Assembly: GCA_051294375.1 (NCBI GenBank)
Contig: CM119270.1
Span: 10,870,969 to 10,934,968, forward strand
Reading direction: 5' to 3'
DNA: 64,000 nucleotides
Source: Paraspadella gotoi
Taxonomy: Eukaryota > Animalia > Chaetognatha
Numbering within the stretch: position 1 is the first letter of the stretch; each line of letters begins with the position of its first letter. The translations under genes were made by a program, and so were the position numbers. Shown piece by piece: positions 60,996-64,000 of the stretch. The notes below the pieces were generated by a model, which saw nothing but the letters and a program-made list of their open reading frames with translations, was not told where the DNA came from and did no database searches.

Positions 60996-62745
60996 AGAGA
61001 GAAGAGAGAGAGAGAGAGAATGACTTAACCCAATTCCATCTCTCCGCTTCCATCGACTTAACACTTCTTTTTACCACATTTTGCAAAAAAAAAAAAAAAA
61101 AACTAAAATAATAATAATAAAAAATAATAAATTTAAAAAAAAAAATATCGGTCGTCGTCCCTTTCGTTTTTTTTCTCTTTTATTTTAATCTGAGATTTGT
61201 TTTTCTAAGGTTTTTTGTTTTTGTTTGAATTTTGTTTTAGTTTCCTTTCGTTTTTCTTGCTGAGGAGAGTGAAATTAAAACCGATAATTAGTTTAGTCAA
61301 GGCTTTTTCCGGCATAAAATGTATTTTTTCCTTTGACTAAAACATTTTGTTGTAAATTTTTTATTCCTTTGAATTCGAATTGATACAGAGTTGCAACAAC
61401 AAGAGAAAGAGTGACGTAACAACTTTAATATCAGTTATGCCTTCTCGTTCTTTCTACTTTGTCATTCTAAACAACAGTCAGTCTGTCCAATATTAGAACT
61501 GGTATGATCCATAGTTAATTTTTTTTTAATACTATAGTTTAGTTCGTTTTCAGGTTTACTTTTATATTTTTTTATTAAAAACTGTCCTTGTCAATTGTAA
61601 AAACTAATAAATTTAGCTAATCCCCCTCTCTCCTTCCCTCTCCTCCTCTCTCTCTCTCCGTCGTCTCCTCTCCTCTCCTCTCCTCTCTCTCTCTCCTCTC
61701 TCTTTTGTTCTCTCTCTCTCTCTCTCTCTCATCGCTTTTCGGATAAATAATTGACAAGGACAGTTTTTATATAAAAAACTATAAAGTAAACTGAAAACGA
61801 ACTAAACTATAGTATTAAAAAAAAATTAACTATGGATCATACCAGTTATGCCATTTCAATTTGGACAGACTGACTGTTGTTTTAGAATGACAAAGTAGAA
61901 AGAAGAGAAGGCATAACTGATATTAAAGTTGTTACGTCACACTTTTCTTTGTTGTGCAACTTGTATCAATTCGAATTCAAAGGAATAAAAATATTTACAC
62001 TAAAATGTTTTAGTCAAAGGAAAAAATACATTTTATGCCGGAAAAAGCCTTGACTAAACTAATTATCGGTTTTATTTCACTCTCCTCAGCAAGAAAACGA
62101 AAGGAAACTAAAAACAAAATTCAAACAAAACAAAAAACCCTTAGAAAAACAAATCTCAGATTAAAAGAAAAGAAAAAACGAAGGGACGACGACCGATATA
62201 TATTTTTTTTTAAATTTATTATTTTTTTTTTATATTATTATTTTAGTTTTTTTTTTTTTTTTTTGCAAAATGTGGTAAAAAGTGTTAAGTCGATGGAAGC
62301 GGAGAGAATGGAATTGGGTTAAGTCATTTCTTCTCTCTCTCTCTCTCTCTCTTCCTCTCTATCTCTCTCTCTCTCTCATCTCTCTCTCATCTCTCTCTCT
62401 CTCTCTTCTTTCTTCTTACTTTCTCTACCGATATTTGTTCGTGGAATGTTTAGCATCTTGGATATGTTAAGAATTGACTTTCCGTGCTGAAACAAAGATT
62501 ATTTTTGACTTAAGATCATTTTTTTATGATATAAGAAAAACTATCTTTTTTTTTAGATCTAAAAAAATATTGTGAACTGAAAAACATATAACAAAAAAGA
62601 AAAAGTAAAACAAGAAAGAAAAAACGCAAGAGAAAAGAAGGAAAGCAGAAGAAAGAGAAGAAAGAAAGAAAGGAAAGAAAGAAAGAAAAGAAAGAAAGAA
62701 GAAAGAAAAAGAAAGAAGATTTCGCAATGGCAAGAGGAGAGAAGA
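60612..62745. repeat. ~1-kb-arm inverted repeat: 60612-61596 vs 61749-62745, ~150-bp CT-rich spacer
   Basis: For example cagcacggaaagtcaattcttaacatatccaagatgctaaacattccacgaac (60871) is the reverse complement of ~62438-62488. The match is continuous and includes mirrored microsatellites. Confidence 0.96.
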
Positions 62746-62772
62746 GAAGAGAGAGGGAGAGAGAGAGAGAGA

Positions 62773-62846
<74 letters not shown>

Positions 62847-63835
62847 GAGACAGAAACTGAGCCGAGAGAGAGACAGAGAGAAAGAGATTCCGTGAGTTTA
62901 AAAGGTGAAGGCGGATCGACGGTCGTCGACGCCAAACGTGAGAAAACCGGAGACACGATGCTCTTTCGTCTTTTCTCCGTCGTCAGCCCTCGATGCTACG
63001 ATTACGGCATCTTTAAATTTTTATGCCGTCGATGCCCCAGTATAGCATCGAATGCTTTTTTTTTGCCGTTAAATGGCTGTAATATAGAAGGCTTTTAACG
63101 TTTAGTAAAATATGACTATCGGTCATTTTTTAGCTCCTCTTGCAGCCCTGGCACGGGTTCAACGCTTGGAACCATGATTGGGCGGTAACTAGCTTGGTGT
63201 TTAACCAGTGGATATGAGCTGGAGAATTTAGTCAAAGAGCCATCAGGTCAGTACTGGAAAGACAAGGTCTCTTAATGGGCAGAATCCTGGAAAATGCCCG
63301 CTCAATGCGTTCATTTTTTTTAACAAAGTTTTGAAACTTAGTATTAGAATGAGATTGCCTTGTCGCGAGGTAGTACTGGGTCATCCCGAGGTCAATCGGC
63401 CATTATTTTATTATTTTCTTTCAAACCGCAAAAATTTTCCTTCATCGAATAATGATATTTAATGACACTTAACAAATTGGTGAAAAACCAAGATTGATTT
63501 GATTTGTTTGAATTTGTTTGAATTTAAGTCCAAAGGTTAAAAATCGGACTTTTGAGATTTCGTTTCGGGTTTTGTTGACTTTTCCCTCTTTTTTTTCTTC
63601 GAGTTCAAAGAATCTTTCCTTTTTTATTTAAACTTATCGAATTTTTAGAAACATTTTATCTTTTTTTTTTATCATTTATTATTCAGAACAGTTTTAAATC
63701 AAGGCAATCATGTGGAGCACTTTGATGAAAATTAGTGAAAAGGAATTTATTATTGGATTTGGTTAGACAAGGTTAAAAGACAAAGCAAGAAAATGTTTTG
63801 CAAGTGGCTGCGCCGATACATGTAAATCGGTTCCA

Positions 63836-64000
63836 TTGGGATTCCTCCCACACAGGATTTCTCCCCACGGATTTCCTTCCACTCGGGATATTTCCCACGG
63901 GGGATTCTTCCCTCACAGGATCTCTCCCCAAGGAATTCCTCCCCATGGAATTGCTCCCACACGGGATTCCTCCCTATGAAATTCCTCCCACATCGGATTC
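63836..64000. repeat. ~16-20-bp degenerate tandem repeat (gggattcctcccacac), runs off the window end
   Basis: At least nine units, each with GGRA..TCCC partial dyad symmetry. Resembles subterminal repeats of a DNA transposon. Confidence 0.75.

Overview
This is eukaryotic, most likely invertebrate metazoan, draft-assembly DNA: AT-rich introns, GT-AG introns, dense (AG)n microsatellites and many N gaps. Six gaps are exactly 25 N, which suggests long-read gap filling. There is no prokaryotic, CRISPR, rRNA or tRNA signal. Most ORFs in the supplied track are microsatellite or gap artefacts, so genes were reconstructed by hand from splice sites and exon phases. (1) The 3' part of a Cys/Trp-patterned extracellular-type gene on +, nine exons at 9628-32596, resembling the PTHR22255 / DUF7042-7045 family. 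Four of its exons are repeated in a ~9 kb tandem duplicate whose second copy is frameshifted. (2) A complete 15-exon SMYD5-like SET-MYND methyltransferase gene on + (34115-41237, 694 aa) with an extra C-terminal MYND finger. (3) A lone Ala/Pro/His/Gly-rich coding exon at 54220-54729. (4) The frameshift-riddled 3' end of an ABCB1/P-glycoprotein-like gene at ~55850-57790. (5) An unidentified, frameshifted multi-exon gene on - at ~58100-60600. Mobile DNA includes a TA-flanked foldback-like element with a satellite core, a TA-flanked MITE family, a Helentron/DINE-like element and a degenerate Penelope-type hammerhead. Two long inverted repeats are present. I cannot support a new biological system here. 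The best leads are the double-MYND SMYD protein, the uncharacterised DUF-repeat protein with an in-frame TGA, possible antisense nested exons and the foldback element. Many duplications and frameshifts are probably assembly errors.
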